From: Paraphysomonas bandaiensis
Lineage: Eukaryota > Protista > Chrysophyceae
Assembly (NCBI GenBank): GCA_965644295.1
Contig: CBFFRP010000235.1
Coordinates: 96,646-160,645 of the forward strand
Reading direction: 5' to 3'
Length of the DNA: 64,000 nt
Shown: positions 10,219-21,344 of the stretch, in pieces
Layout of the letters: each line of letters opens with the position of its first letter
Numbering within the stretch: the stretch's first letter is position 1
Translations under genes and position numbers: made by a program
The notes under the pieces: generated by a model
The model's input: the letters and a program-made list of their open reading frames with translations, nothing else
Databases searched by the model: none
What the model was told of the DNA's origin: nothing

Positions 10219-13200
10219 TGTGGCATGAAACTCCTAGTTTTAGGGCTGGGAGTTTCTTTCCTTCGGGAAACGTGGGGTTTCCCTTCAGGATACGGTAGTC
10301 TAGTGGCTGTAGTTTCATGCCAGACTAGTCATACATGATTCTTATATGCATAATAATCATTATATTCCTAGTCAAGGCCTTTTCTTGTTGTCTCGCGTAG
10401 TTCCATCACAATATCGATATTTGAACGAATTATGACTAGACGCACGAGAAGTGCTAAGAGAAGTGAGGAAGAGAAGATAGAGGAACGGGATCAAGAGGAA
10501 CCCATGGCTTCCACCTCGAGGGAGGAGGAGGAAGAGGCAGTAGTCTCTAGTTCGGAGCTTCCAACGCAGAGGGTTGCGGAGGAAGAGTCATTAACTACTC
10601 CGAATGTGGAGGTAGTGAATGAAGGAAATCAAGGAAATCCAGAGGGGGAGTCTGGATGGGAAGTGGAGACTTGGGCTGCGCTGGGAGAAGCGACAGTCGA
10701 TGAAGAGGGTTTGTCACTTCCTCCAAACTCTAGTTCTGAGCGGGAAAGGGTTGACCCGCAGAGTGAGGAGAGAAGGATAAAGATCGCCCGAAAGAGGGAG
10801 ATTAGGGAGAAGATTAGGGAGAATAAGGAATGGGAGGCCTCTAGAAGGAGCAGAGAGTCTCCCAAAGGGGGGGAGGAGAGGAGTTCCTCCGAGGAATCTG
10901 ATAGGTCAGAGAGATCGAGGGAGAGATCTCGCAGTTATTCCGACTCCGGGGGGGAGGAATATGAAGAGCGGGGAAGGTCCCGCAGGCGCTCTTCCTCAAG
11001 GAGAGAGGAGTATTATGAGCGGAGTGGGAGATCGAGAAAGGGACGATCGAGGGATCGAAGTAGTAGATCCTCGGGTAGAAGATCGAAAAGATCTCGTCGC
11101 GAAGAGAGCTCCAGAAGGTTGAGAGCCTCTGAGCTAGAATTGGAAAGTCTGCGGCAAGAGGTGCAGCAGTTAAGGTCGTCGTTGGAGGGACAGCGTTCGA
11201 CGGGAGGGGACAGGTCCGGAGGAGCACCTGCCATACCGCAACAAAGCAGTATAGGGAGGGCAGAGGAAGCTAGCTCGTCCAGTAGTACCCTCCTGGTTAC
11301 GTCTAATGACGTTCCTCCATTAGTCGCGCTGACTTATGACGCGGTGGAGGATTATATTGAGAAGTGTCGCCTTTACTTTCACAAGAGTGGTGGGAGAGAG
11401 GTAGACCGATCGCTAATCTCGGCCAAAATGGCGGCGAAGATAGACTTTATGAGGGGAGACGTTAACGGGAAAGTTGACGACTGGAAGGATCCGAAGGTGT
11501 TACCGTCGGAGGATTTCTATGCGTTCCTTCGTAAGATGGTGAAGGATCAGGGGCATGTGGAGGTAGTGGAACCTTTTCAACATATTCGCGAGTGGGCTCG
11601 CGAGGTTCGCACCTTCCGGAATGTCAAGGATGTTATGGACTGGGGTGCGGACCTCAAGTTAAAATTGGAAAAGGAGGAAGGATCCGGCACATGGGAGGAG
11701 AATAAGGTTTGGATCGAAGATTTCAAACGTTCCCTCCGGATTGATCTTCCGTTCCATGATCAGGCTCGAAGGAACAGATTTCTGACTGAGAAGGTTCAGC
11801 CCATTTTTGAGAGTTTGTCAGAGGACAAGCGAAATTTGTTGGGTTATTTGACGGCCTTGCACAAAGCCGTTACAGCTATTAGGGATGGCTGGGAGGCTGT
11901 GGGGCCTTTTGACTTATTTGTGGCAAGGCAGTGGCCCCGAGGATCGATGGGGGGACGATCCGAGGCTGACCAACGGGATCGGAAGGGGGCCGATCAACGG
12001 GAGAGAAAGCGCACGCATTCACCTGCGAGGAGTTCGCAAGGGGGTTCGACTAGTGCTGGAAAAGCGCCAAAGAGAGCAAAGAGTAGCTCTCAAACGGATG
12101 TGTCAAAAGTGCCAGATTCAGATCGATGCAATGTGTGTGGTCGCCCAAGGGAGTGGCACAAGAGTGCGGAGTGTCCACTTAAGCAAGCTGCGGGGGCGAA
12201 CTTGGATCCAAACGTAAAGTGGAGAGAGTGTGCAGTGGCTAAGGATATTTTGGCCAAGAGGGGTCAACATACTTTGCCTAGAGAGGGATGGGTCTTAAGG
12301 CAAAGCGGTTCATATGGAAAGGGCTCCAAGGGTGAGTCCCATGATGTGTATTCTGATGTTATGGCTATTATGGCCCTTAAGTCTTTTTCTTCATTGCCAT
12401 TCATAACGGTTGTTGTATGCAATGAACAGGGAAGGAAAAGGACATGTAAAGCTCTACTGGATACGGGTGCGTCGGCTAACTTTATTAGTAAGGATGTAGC
12501 TGAATGGTTAGTAGATAGTGGTTCTATTCCTATTCCCGTAAGTAAGAATATTGCTGGGGGTTTTAAATCAGCAAGTGCTTTGTGTGAGAGGGGTGTGTCC
12601 CTCAATGTAGAGATCTTTACGGAGGTAAAGGAACCTCCAGTGTTGCAAGCTCGCATAGATGCATGGGAGTTAGATCTAAATTTTGAATTGATTTTAGGGG
12701 TACATACTGTACGTAATTTAGATTTAGTAGTGCAGTGCCCTAGTGCTTTCATGAGCTCAGATAAGGCTCGAAGGGTAGCCGACGTAGTGGGAGACAGTGC
12801 ATTCCCTCTTGCGAGAGAGAGAGATGATCAGTCCGGGGGAGCAGTGTCTCCGAGCCTTGGCGTGCACGCGTCTTACCCTTGTGGGGGGGAACGAGCCAGC
12901 GTTCGTCTTCCATTGCGTAAAAATTATAATCTTGAGGTTCGAGGGAAGTTGGCCCCTCTGGAAGTAGGAATCAGTGACAAAGGGGAGGATTGGTCGTACC
13001 CAGCGGAGGAACAGCTGCTTTCGCTGGGAGAAGATCTTTCAAATTTCTCAAAAAGGTCGGCATGGGACCGAGAGGATATGAAAGAAATTCGCAACGATCA
13101 GTTGGAATCCATTGACTCTGATTATCTGGACTCGGAGGGTGAGTCTCCTACGATTCCGGAAAAGGTTTATGGGTCACCGGACTTACAAGAAAAGATTCGT

Positions 13201-16200
13201 GGGGTCCTGGTGAAGTATAAGGACATCTTTCGATTAGAAATTCGGAAGGGAAAACCCGCGAAGTTAGAACCGTTTGAGCTCGAGGTCCGGAACCCGGAGG
13301 AAACGTGGTTTATACCGGCAAATAAATTGCCTCCTAGGAGGTTGGATAGGAGTCGACAGAGGGAACTCCAGCGTTTAGTGGAAAAGTTAGAGCGGTTGGG
13401 AGCGATACAACCTAGCTCGGCCACACATTATAGTCATCCTTTTGTAGTACCTAAGCCGAATAATAAGTGGCGATTGGTGTTGGATTATAAGAATCTCAAC
13501 AAGGTTACTACCTCTGAAAGCTGGCCAATTCCGAACATTAGGGATATGATTTATCGGATTGGTGAGAAACGTCCTAAGTTCTTTGTAGTGATGGATCTCA
13601 CGTCTGGGTATCATCAGGCGCCAGTGGGCGAGAAGTCCCGTGCCTGGGTCGCCTTTATTACTCAAAACGGGGTGTACGAGTGGCTCCGGCTCCCCATGGG
13701 TTTGAAAGGTGCCCCATCCTACTTCCAGCGGCAAATGCAAAGTGTTGTACTAGCGGGTTTAGTATATAAGATTTGTGAGATATACCTCGATGATTGTATT
13801 ATATTTGCTAGCTCGGAAGAGGAGCTGATTGAGAATTTATCAGCAGTTTTAGAGAGATTTAAGAGGTTTGGCCTTACAGTTAACCCTAAGAAGTGTGTCT
13901 TTGGGGTCTCGGAGGTAGAGGCTGTGGGTCATAAGATCAATGAGTTTGGTCATACCTTTACTAGAGAGCGGATTGATAGTATATTGGCTATCCCGCGTCC
14001 TAATACCCAGAAACAGTTGAAACAGTTCATGGGGGTAGCAAATTTTGTAAGAGATTGCGTACGCGAATATGCACTGATTGCAAAACCATTGCATGCAATG
14101 TTGGGGAATTATACTAAGTCGCAGGCTCGACGTAAGGTGTTGCACTGGACAGAGGAGTCCAGTGTTGCCTTTGATGTGCTAAGGGAGCGCATTCATGAGT
14201 GTCCCTTGTTATTTTTTATGGATGATGTTTCCCCCATCTTCCTATATACTGACGCGTCAATAATTGGTATAGGGGCACACTTGGTGCAAGTCGTGGAGGG
14301 TCACGAGCGCACAATTGGGATGATTAGTAAGGCGTTCGACTCAACGTTAGCTAAGTGGCACACCTGCGAGCAGGAAGGTTTTGCCATCTTTTATGCTTTA
14401 AATAAGTGGGAATACTTGTTGAGGGATCGACGTTTTACAGTTCGAACCGATCACGATAATTTACGTCAACTCAAGCAGGAGTATGGCCACATAAAACGAG
14501 TGCAGCGCTGGTTTATGTGTTTTCAGTCGTTTGATATCGTGTTCGAACACCTTCCAGGGGAGATGAATGTGGTGGCTGATGCTCTTAGTCGAGTTTGTGG
14601 GGTGGACGCATCCGACGAGGTCGATGACAATCTGTGTTCTTCTCTCGAGCGGTGCCTGGAGGAAGAATCGCATACTGAGGATCAGCGCATCCCTAATCAC
14701 TTCTGGAAGGCAATTAAGGCTTGTCATAATAGTGTAGTAGGCCACCATGGGGTGGAACGTACAATGGGAAAGTTGCGAAGGAGCAACAATAATTGGAAGA
14801 ACATGCGTCAGCATGTTATACGTTTTATTAAGTGTTGTGTGTGTTGTCAAAAGATGTCAACTATTAAGCCGGCAGTGTGGGTTCGGCCTTTTACTCTATC
14901 TAAGTATTCCATGGGTGAGTGTATCTATATGGATTATATCGAGGGTTTGATTCCCGATGAGTATGGGTATACTAGCATTCTGGTGATGATTGATGCCTTT
15001 TCACGGTGGGCTGAGTTATTTCCTACCAAGGGTATCTCAGCAAAGGACACGGCACGAGCGTTGTTGCATTATTTTGGCCGATTTTCGATGTGTTCGATTT
15101 GTAAGCTCACTTCAGATAAAGGGAGGGCCTTTATGTCCGATATTGTTCGGGAGGTGAGATCTTTGTTAGGGGTGGAGCACTCCTTTACAGTAGAGTATTC
15201 AAAGGAGGAGAATGGTATGGTTGAGAGGGAGAATAAGGAAATTCTCCGTCATCTGAGGAATATTATTTTCGAGAAAGTGGTCTTGAAAAATTGGTCTGAT
15301 GTGCTGCCAATGGTGCAGCGGATTTTGAATGCGGCAATCCATGGGTCGACAGGAGTGGCCCCAGCACAATTAGTATATGGAGATGCCATAAACCTAGATG
15401 CAGGCTTTATTTTAGATAGGAAGAATTTGTCTCCAAGGGAGGAGAAGGATCTGTCCGAGTGGGTGGCAGATAGACTCGCAGCTCAGGAGAGGGTGCGAGT
15501 GTATGCTCGTCAGAATCTGGAGATTCGGGATCAACACCATATCGAGTCCAATATGCCCGAGGGTGTTTCGTCGTACCCGGTGGGGGCATTTGTGCTAGTG
15601 GAACACAGGCATAACTCGTTACGGACAGGTCCAACGAGCAAGTTGTTGCCCTATTTGAAAGGGCCTATGGAGGTGGTTGGTGTGGAAGGACCAATTTACA
15701 CCTTGAAAAATTTAGTGTCGAGAGGACAGGCACGGTATCATATATCTAAGCTGCGGCCTTTTTGTTTTGATCCGAGGGTGGATGATCCCGTACAAGTGGC
15801 GTTACGGGATGACGTTGAGGGTACCAAGTTTGTGATGGAGAAGATTACAAACATGAGGGGCGACCCTAAGGGTTCGCGGTGGGATTTGTTCTTTGAAGTA
15901 TACTGGTCAAATTACGATGTTCCGACGTGGGAGTCGTGGAAGACAGTACGAGGAACAGATGCGTTATTGAAGTACTTGAAGACGCACTCTAGTTATACAG
16001 TACGAGCCCTATTACCCAGGAGAGGGAAGAAGCGCTCCAGGTCTCCAGACACGGCGGCAGAGGAAGTCATTTCAAGTGAGGATGAGTCGTCGCAACAGTC
16101 AGGAGTTTGATCTATGAGTTTTGACGGTTAGAATCCGCTCTGTCCAGGTGATGGACACCTATGAGAAGGTTCTCATACATCACAGTTTAGTTGGAGTGAT

Positions 16201-16517
16201 CAGTAGGATAGTAGGGGTGATTTTTGTGGGTGTTGTTTTTTTGTTGCTAGAATGTGTCGTTTTTTAGTTCATGTGCCACATTTTTTTCCAAAAAAAAAAA
16301 AAAAAGAAAAAAGGGGAAGGGGTAGTGTGGCATGAAACTCCTAGTTTTAGGGCTGGGAGTTTCTTTCCTTCGGGAAACGTGGGGTTTCCCTTCAGGATAC
16401 GGTAGTCTAGTGGCTGTAGTTTCATGCCAGACTAGTCATACATGATTCTTATATGCATAATAATCATTATATTCCTAGTCAAGGCCTTTTCTTGTTGTCT
16501 CGCGTAGTTCCATCACA
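10219..16517 (+). mobile_element. Intact Ty3/Gypsy chromovirus LTR retrotransposon
   Basis: 192-bp LTRs 10219-10410 and 16326-16517 (TGTG...CACA) read as identical; polypurine tract at about 16289-16325; single gag-pol ORF; GTAT on both flanks. Confidence 0.97.
10432..16110 (+). CDS. Gag-Pol polyprotein (Gag, Zn knuckle, protease, RT, RNase H, integrase, chromodomain)
   Basis: 1892 aa; CNVC..H..C knuckle, LLDTGA protease, RLPMGL/YLDD RT, TDAS RNase H, HHCC and D-D-E integrase, C-terminal FVMEKI..FEVYWSNYDVPTWESW chromodomain; PR-RT-RH-IN order is Gypsy. Confidence 0.97.
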   Translation: MTRRTRSAKRSEEEKIEERDQEEPMASTSREEEEEAVVSSSELPTQRVAEEESLTTPNVEVVNEGNQGNPEGESGWEVETWAALGEATVDEEGLSLPPNSSSERERVDPQSEERRIKIARKREIREKIRENKEWEASRRSRESPKGGEERSSSEESDRSERSRERSRSYSDSGGEEYEERGRSRRRSSSRREEYYERSGRSRKGRSRDRSSRSSGRRSKRSRREESSRRLRASELELESLRQEVQQLRSSLEGQRSTGGDRSGGAPAIPQQSSIGRAEEASSSSSTLLVTSNDVPPLVALTYDAVEDYIEKCRLYFHKSGGREVDRSLISAKMAAKIDFMRGDVNGKVDDWKDPKVLPSEDFYAFLRKMVKDQGHVEVVEPFQHIREWAREVRTFRNVKDVMDWGADLKLKLEKEEGSGTWEENKVWIEDFKRSLRIDLPFHDQARRNRFLTEKVQPIFESLSEDKRNLLGYLTALHKAVTAIRDGWEAVGPFDLFVARQWPRGSMGGRSEADQRDRKGADQRERKRTHSPARSSQGGSTSAGKAPKRAKSSSQTDVSKVPDSDRCNVCGRPREWHKSAECPLKQAAGANLDPNVKWRECAVAKDILAKRGQHTLPREGWVLRQSGSYGKGSKGESHDVYSDVMAIMALKSFSSLPFITVVVCNEQGRKRTCKALLDTGASANFISKDVAEWLVDSGSIPIPVSKNIAGGFKSASALCERGVSLNVEIFTEVKEPPVLQARIDAWELDLNFELILGVHTVRNLDLVVQCPSAFMSSDKARRVADVVGDSAFPLARERDDQSGGAVSPSLGVHASYPCGGERASVRLPLRKNYNLEVRGKLAPLEVGISDKGEDWSYPAEEQLLSLGEDLSNFSKRSAWDREDMKEIRNDQLESIDSDYLDSEGESPTIPEKVYGSPDLQEKIRGVLVKYKDIFRLEIRKGKPAKLEPFELEVRNPEETWFIPANKLPPRRLDRSRQRELQRLVEKLERLGAIQPSSATHYSHPFVVPKPNNKWRLVLDYKNLNKVTTSESWPIPNIRDMIYRIGEKRPKFFVVMDLTSGYHQAPVGEKSRAWVAFITQNGVYEWLRLPMGLKGAPSYFQRQMQSVVLAGLVYKICEIYLDDCIIFASSEEELIENLSAVLERFKRFGLTVNPKKCVFGVSEVEAVGHKINEFGHTFTRERIDSILAIPRPNTQKQLKQFMGVANFVRDCVREYALIAKPLHAMLGNYTKSQARRKVLHWTEESSVAFDVLRERIHECPLLFFMDDVSPIFLYTDASIIGIGAHLVQVVEGHERTIGMISKAFDSTLAKWHTCEQEGFAIFYALNKWEYLLRDRRFTVRTDHDNLRQLKQEYGHIKRVQRWFMCFQSFDIVFEHLPGEMNVVADALSRVCGVDASDEVDDNLCSSLERCLEEESHTEDQRIPNHFWKAIKACHNSVVGHHGVERTMGKLRRSNNNWKNMRQHVIRFIKCCVCCQKMSTIKPAVWVRPFTLSKYSMGECIYMDYIEGLIPDEYGYTSILVMIDAFSRWAELFPTKGISAKDTARALLHYFGRFSMCSICKLTSDKGRAFMSDIVREVRSLLGVEHSFTVEYSKEENGMVERENKEILRHLRNIIFEKVVLKNWSDVLPMVQRILNAAIHGSTGVAPAQLVYGDAINLDAGFILDRKNLSPREEKDLSEWVADRLAAQERVRVYARQNLEIRDQHHIESNMPEGVSSYPVGAFVLVEHRHNSLRTGPTSKLLPYLKGPMEVVGVEGPIYTLKNLVSRGQARYHISKLRPFCFDPRVDDPVQVALRDDVEGTKFVMEKITNMRGDPKGSRWDLFFEVYWSNYDVPTWESWKTVRGTDALLKYLKTHSSYTVRALLPRRGKKRSRSPDTAAEEVISSEDESSQQSGV

Positions 16518-16742
16518 GTATGTATGTATGTATGTATGTATGTATGTATGTATGTATGTATGTATGTATGTATGTATGTATGTATGTATGTATGTATGTA
16601 TGTATGTATGTATGTATGTATGTATGTATGTATGTATGTATGTATGTATGTATGTATGTATGTATGTATGTATGTATGTATGTATGTATGTATGTATGTA
16701 TGTATGTATGTATGTATGTATGTATGTATGTATGTATGTATG
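16518..16742 (+). repeat. (GTAT)n microsatellite, right flank of the retrotransposon
   Basis: Pure tandem GTAT starting at the base after the 3' LTR. Confidence 0.98.
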
Positions 16743-16862
16743 TGTGTGTGTAGGTAGGTATGTGGGCTGTCATCCGTTATTGTTGTTATTGTTGTTATAG
16801 TGTGTATATGTAGCAGTGTCTCAGTGGATAGTGTGGCACATGTACTCACCCTCAATCTCAAT

Positions 16863-17958
16863 ATGATAACACACCTCTCCATATTCATCCCTCTATCCCT
16901 TGCAGTAGTAATTACCATATATGCAGGTATCTATTACCTCTCTAAGCGCACTCTATTGGCACTCTATACAGAGAAGTATACCTCACTATCAGCCTCTGAT
17001 AAACACGCTACACTGCATGAAATTGCCTCTACTTTTGCTGTCATTGCAATATTCAGTGCATGTACAATAGGTGTATTTTCCTTATACAATGGAGTTGAAA
17101 CGTATGCTCTCATTAGCTCTTAAACGTCCCACTAATTGCGGTATATGCATGACAGGAGGTGGACTGCACAGAATATGGCATCTTATTGGGGGATTATACT
17201 AACATTAGGTAATAGAATCATTATTATGGTATACTTCCTTATTTTTTTTGTGTGGAGGTTATACATCTTATGAGGAAATTTTATATCTTATAAATGGCAA
17301 AGAGAAAATATATCATTTTCATCATGCTCTTGCAGCGTTGATATCAATATACGCACTGGTATATCCACGATTACACTTTTTCATATGTTGGGGTGGTACA
17401 GTGGAGATTACAGGAATATTTGTTAATGCGTTCTTTCTTTCTCGGCGCTTCAAGCTTTCGTCATTCTGGACTAATATTTTTGGTTTCTTGATGTGGCTCT
17501 CATTTCTCACCATTCGTTTCATTTCAATGTCGCTGCTAGTCGTTGTTGTAGTAGACGATGCTCTCTCTACCTCTATTCTTAGTAGAATATCTCTTCCGTA
17601 TATAGTTCTCGTCGTGGTGTCATTTTTATGTCTGTTTGCCCTGTCGGTATTTTGGCTGTACAAAATGACTCTGGGCCTACTCAAATTATTATCGTCGAAA
17701 GTGGTCCCTGTAGTACATGATGGAGCGAGCCGTAATGATAATGGACAGCAAGCTGTTGAGCACGTAGAGGTCAAGAAACCTACAGATATAGAAAATGGGG
17801 AACAGAAAACTGTGCTGAGTGACCCTGAGCCACGGAGGCCCAGCGAGGGGATGTTATATGAAGAAATTCCTGAGATTGTATCTGTTGATTCTGGGTGTGG
17901 TTTGGATATGCCAACTGTTATAAGTTTCTATGCCCATCTCTTTCGACGCAAAAAGTAG
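16863..17958 (+). CDS. TLC (TRAM/LAG1/CLN8)-domain membrane protein
   Basis: Three exons; multiple hydrophobic helices with GY..Y, HHALA, VEITGIFVN and FLTIRF motifs typical of TLC domains. Confidence 0.75.
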
Positions 17959-18471
17959 TGTATATGACATATGACTGCATAGTATACAGTCAGAGTAATG
18001 TATTGTGTATTGTAGTGTATTATAGTATTATAGACATAGACGTGATAGTGTAATTCTTCTTGTAGTATGTATTATACTATTTTATTCTTTACAATAGCTG
18101 ACGATAACCTTCATAATTAGAATGTGTAATAAAGATGTTATTTGCATTCCCTTATTAATCTAGTGAAGACATAAACTTATACACTACGACCACCAACGAA
18201 GAGATATCCAGCAGTAATTATTAACCTAGCATGCAATTGTTGGTATCGCCTCACTTAACTACATTCTCATTCCTAAGAAGCCGAGTTCTTAACGAAACGT
18301 CAGCGGTAACATGTTTATATACTCTTATCAAGTCAAAGTTAATATGGCTTAAAATTTGTCTACCAAAATTTTAAAGGCGAGTCGCTACTAAAATGGGTCA
18401 TTAATATTGTCATTATTATAACATAACACTAGTGTTGCCGAAATATTAACACACTACAAGGAATAAGCTGA

Positions 18472-19156
18472 TTAACCAAGAATAGTCTGGTATTCACATC
18501 TGGTGCCATAGTATCCGTGGAAGCAAGTGCAGGTACCATCAGTGTAATCGCAGAGACCACGGCCAGAGCAGTCGCGACCAGCCTCGTTTCCATATCCCTT
18601 GAGTACATCAGCACCTGATGGGCATTCCACTGCACACAACAATATTAGATCATTCATCCACATAACACTACGACGAATACTACTCACCAAGTGAACAGTC
18701 AGGACCACGACGACCAAGATCGCATATGCATCCAACATGCTTCTCCGCATCCCAAGGAGTGGTGTAAAGTCTCCCAGCCTCAGCAGCTAGCTGAAGTTGA
18801 GTAAAGCAAACACCAGCATCACTGCATGAGTTGGGGCAGACAGTTCTCTCACAGGCAATGCCCTCATAGTTCTCGAAACAAGCACACTCACCAGTGGAGC
18901 GATCGCAAATACCCTTATTAGAGCACTCAACAACAGGGTGGGCATCATTAGCTCCCTCAACAGTGCCAATCCAAGCAGTAGACTTGGGGCATGTACGGCC
19001 GGAACAATCGGCAAAGGTCCATGCAGGTTCACCATCTATTCTGGCGTAACACGTGCATTTATCATTAGTTCCACAAGAACCATGTCCACTGCACCCATTG
19101 GGGCAGTACGCTACAACAGCAGTTGCAATAGCAGCAAAAAGAAGCTGACGGATCAT
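18472..19156 (-). CDS. SIG3-like EGF-repeat tubular mastigoneme protein, copy 1
   Basis: Signal peptide then [66 protein letters not shown]; one 58-nt intron. Confidence 0.88.
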
Positions 19157-19639
19157 TTTAAATGATTGTTATATAGCTGTGTGTGGATATATAATGGTCT
19201 TGAGGGCAGTTATTTGTATGTTGGCAACTTATTGCAAGACAGACAGTTACATAAAACGTAATTGTGGATGCGTATCCTGAATGGGTTTCAGTTTATTGTT
19301 TTATGATAAGTACGACTTTTTTAGCTTCCTTTCGTTTTTTATATTTCCATATCCAAAAGTTCGATGTTTTATACTCATGGGTATAATTTTATAATAAAAA
19401 TATCGAAATATATATAAATTTCCTGATATTTTCATAAAATTGTAATTTTTATTCCATAGTTTTCACAACGTATATCCGTATCTTCAGGAGTCAAAATGCC
19501 GTTTCATATGAAAGTTACGGCAATCAGCAGCAGTATACATACATATATATATATATGCACTGCATTAGCATCAGTTTAATACCTCCAAACTGCAAACATA
19601 TTACTAAAACACATAATATTAATCGATTAAACTTTAACA

Positions 19640-20327
19640 ATGCAGCTTAAAGTGATCGCTATTCTTTCCATTGCAACGGCTATTACTGCCTATTGCCCCA
19701 ATGGGTGCAGTGGACATGGTTCATGTGGAACTAATGATAAATGCACGTGTTACGCCAGAATAGATGGTGAACCTGCATGGACTTTTGCCGATTGTTCCGG
19801 CCGTACATGCCCCAAGTCTACTGCTTGGATTGGCACTGTTGAGGGAGCTAATGATGCCCACCCTGTTGTTGAGTGCTCTAATAAGGGTATTTGCGATCGC
19901 TCCACTGGTGAGTGTGCTTGTTTTGAGAACTATGAGGGCATTGCCTGTGAGAGAACTGTCTGCCCCAACTCATGCAGTGATGCTGGTGTTTGCTTTACTC
20001 AACTTCAGCTAGCTGCTGAGGCTGGGAGACTTTACACCACTCCTTGGGATGCGGAGAAGCATGTTGGATGCATATGCGATCTTGGTCGTCGTGGTCCTGA
20101 TTGTTCACTTGGTGAGTAGTATTCGTCGTAGTGTTATGTGGATGAATGATCTAATATTGTTGTGTGCAGTGGAATGCCCATCAGGTGCTGATGTACTCAA
20201 GGGATATGGAAACGAGGCTGGTCGCGACTGCTCTGGCCGTGGTCTCTGCGATTACACTGATGGTACCTGCACTTGCTTCCACGGATACTATGGCACCAGA
20301 TGTGAATACCAGACTATTCTTGGTTAA
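19640..20327 (+). CDS. SIG3-like EGF-repeat tubular mastigoneme protein, copy 2
   Basis: Mature protein identical to copy 1 with a different signal peptide; intron 20112-20169. Confidence 0.88.
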
Positions 20328-20629
20328 TCTCTTACATCTTCTATCTCTACCTCCTTCTTTCCGTGTGAGACATATGTTGGTGTTCCCGATTGTCCTGTTT
20401 CTAATTTTATTGTTAGCGATGATAACACTATGACAACCACTAATATAAAAAGTCATACTCATTTACAACATTTCATTTGGATATTTATATGGATGCGCTT
20501 ATTGATGTTCCTGTATTTTACTTTTCGCTTCTAACGCAATTTGATCACATCGTACTCAATTGTAGTCAAGGAATCTTTCTAAAAAATTATTCTTCAATCG
20601 CTCTAGGTGTTTAGATTTTAGATTAATGC

Positions 20630-20704
20630 ATTTTGTTCAACAAAGCAAAGCTAACGCTTAAGTGTAGGGCAAAGTAAACTTCAGTGAATTGTCCGATTCT
20701 AACA
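20630..20704 (-). mobile_element. Fragment of Copia-like LTR end
   Basis: GTGTAGGGCAAAGTAAACTTCAGTGAATTGTCCGATTCTAACA matches LTR termini at 7540-7582, 25985 and 35240-35282. Confidence 0.6.
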
Positions 20705-21344
20705 CTCTCTGTCATCTTCCATTCCTCTATCGTTCCATAAAACGCCCTCTGGGCTTAAAGGTATATTAAATATAAATTAATAAAACACGTTTAGAGAAAT
20801 AGCGGAATAGAACGTAACATAACTTATAAGCTCTGTTAACCACGGGCGTTATTATGAAGCGATGACGGCATCGAAGATTAAAGAACAAGAAAAATGTAAA
20901 TATAGTTTTTCATCATTATTGTGTGTGTCATCTACCTATCGCACATAGAACACTAAAGCAACCGAGAAAAATACTACCGGAGATATAAGATATAGTATTG
21001 AACCTAGCTACAAACTACAATGGTTGAAATAGCCTGTCACTATAATTTATGCAACGCACATTGTAAAAATAAAAAACTACTTCGCGCTAGTCAACCTTTA
21101 GATATAGTCATATTCAAAATTTTCTACGCTTTAAACTACCATGAGATGATGAATTTCATCAAACTTGTTTGCAAGAAGCTCCTAAAATATCACCTACTTG
21201 CAAAGTTGAGGATATGTGATGAAGTGAAGTTACCCTGTTTGGGTGCATTTTGTTTTTGGCGAGTTGAATACAAGTAGCGGTTAGTTAACTTTGTGGTTTT
21301 TAATACGTCAGTCATTGATTTTTACTTGATAAAGTATATACACA

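Noticed and set aside
9801-10338. ORFs of MYVC/YIHT repeats (also at 16453-16918, 42973-43329, 63593-63998)
   Set aside because: They are translations of a stop-free (GTAT)n microsatellite, not genes.
10411-10431. Tf1-type self-priming PBS
   Set aside because: No complementary stretch of about 9-11 nt was found in the LTR by eye.
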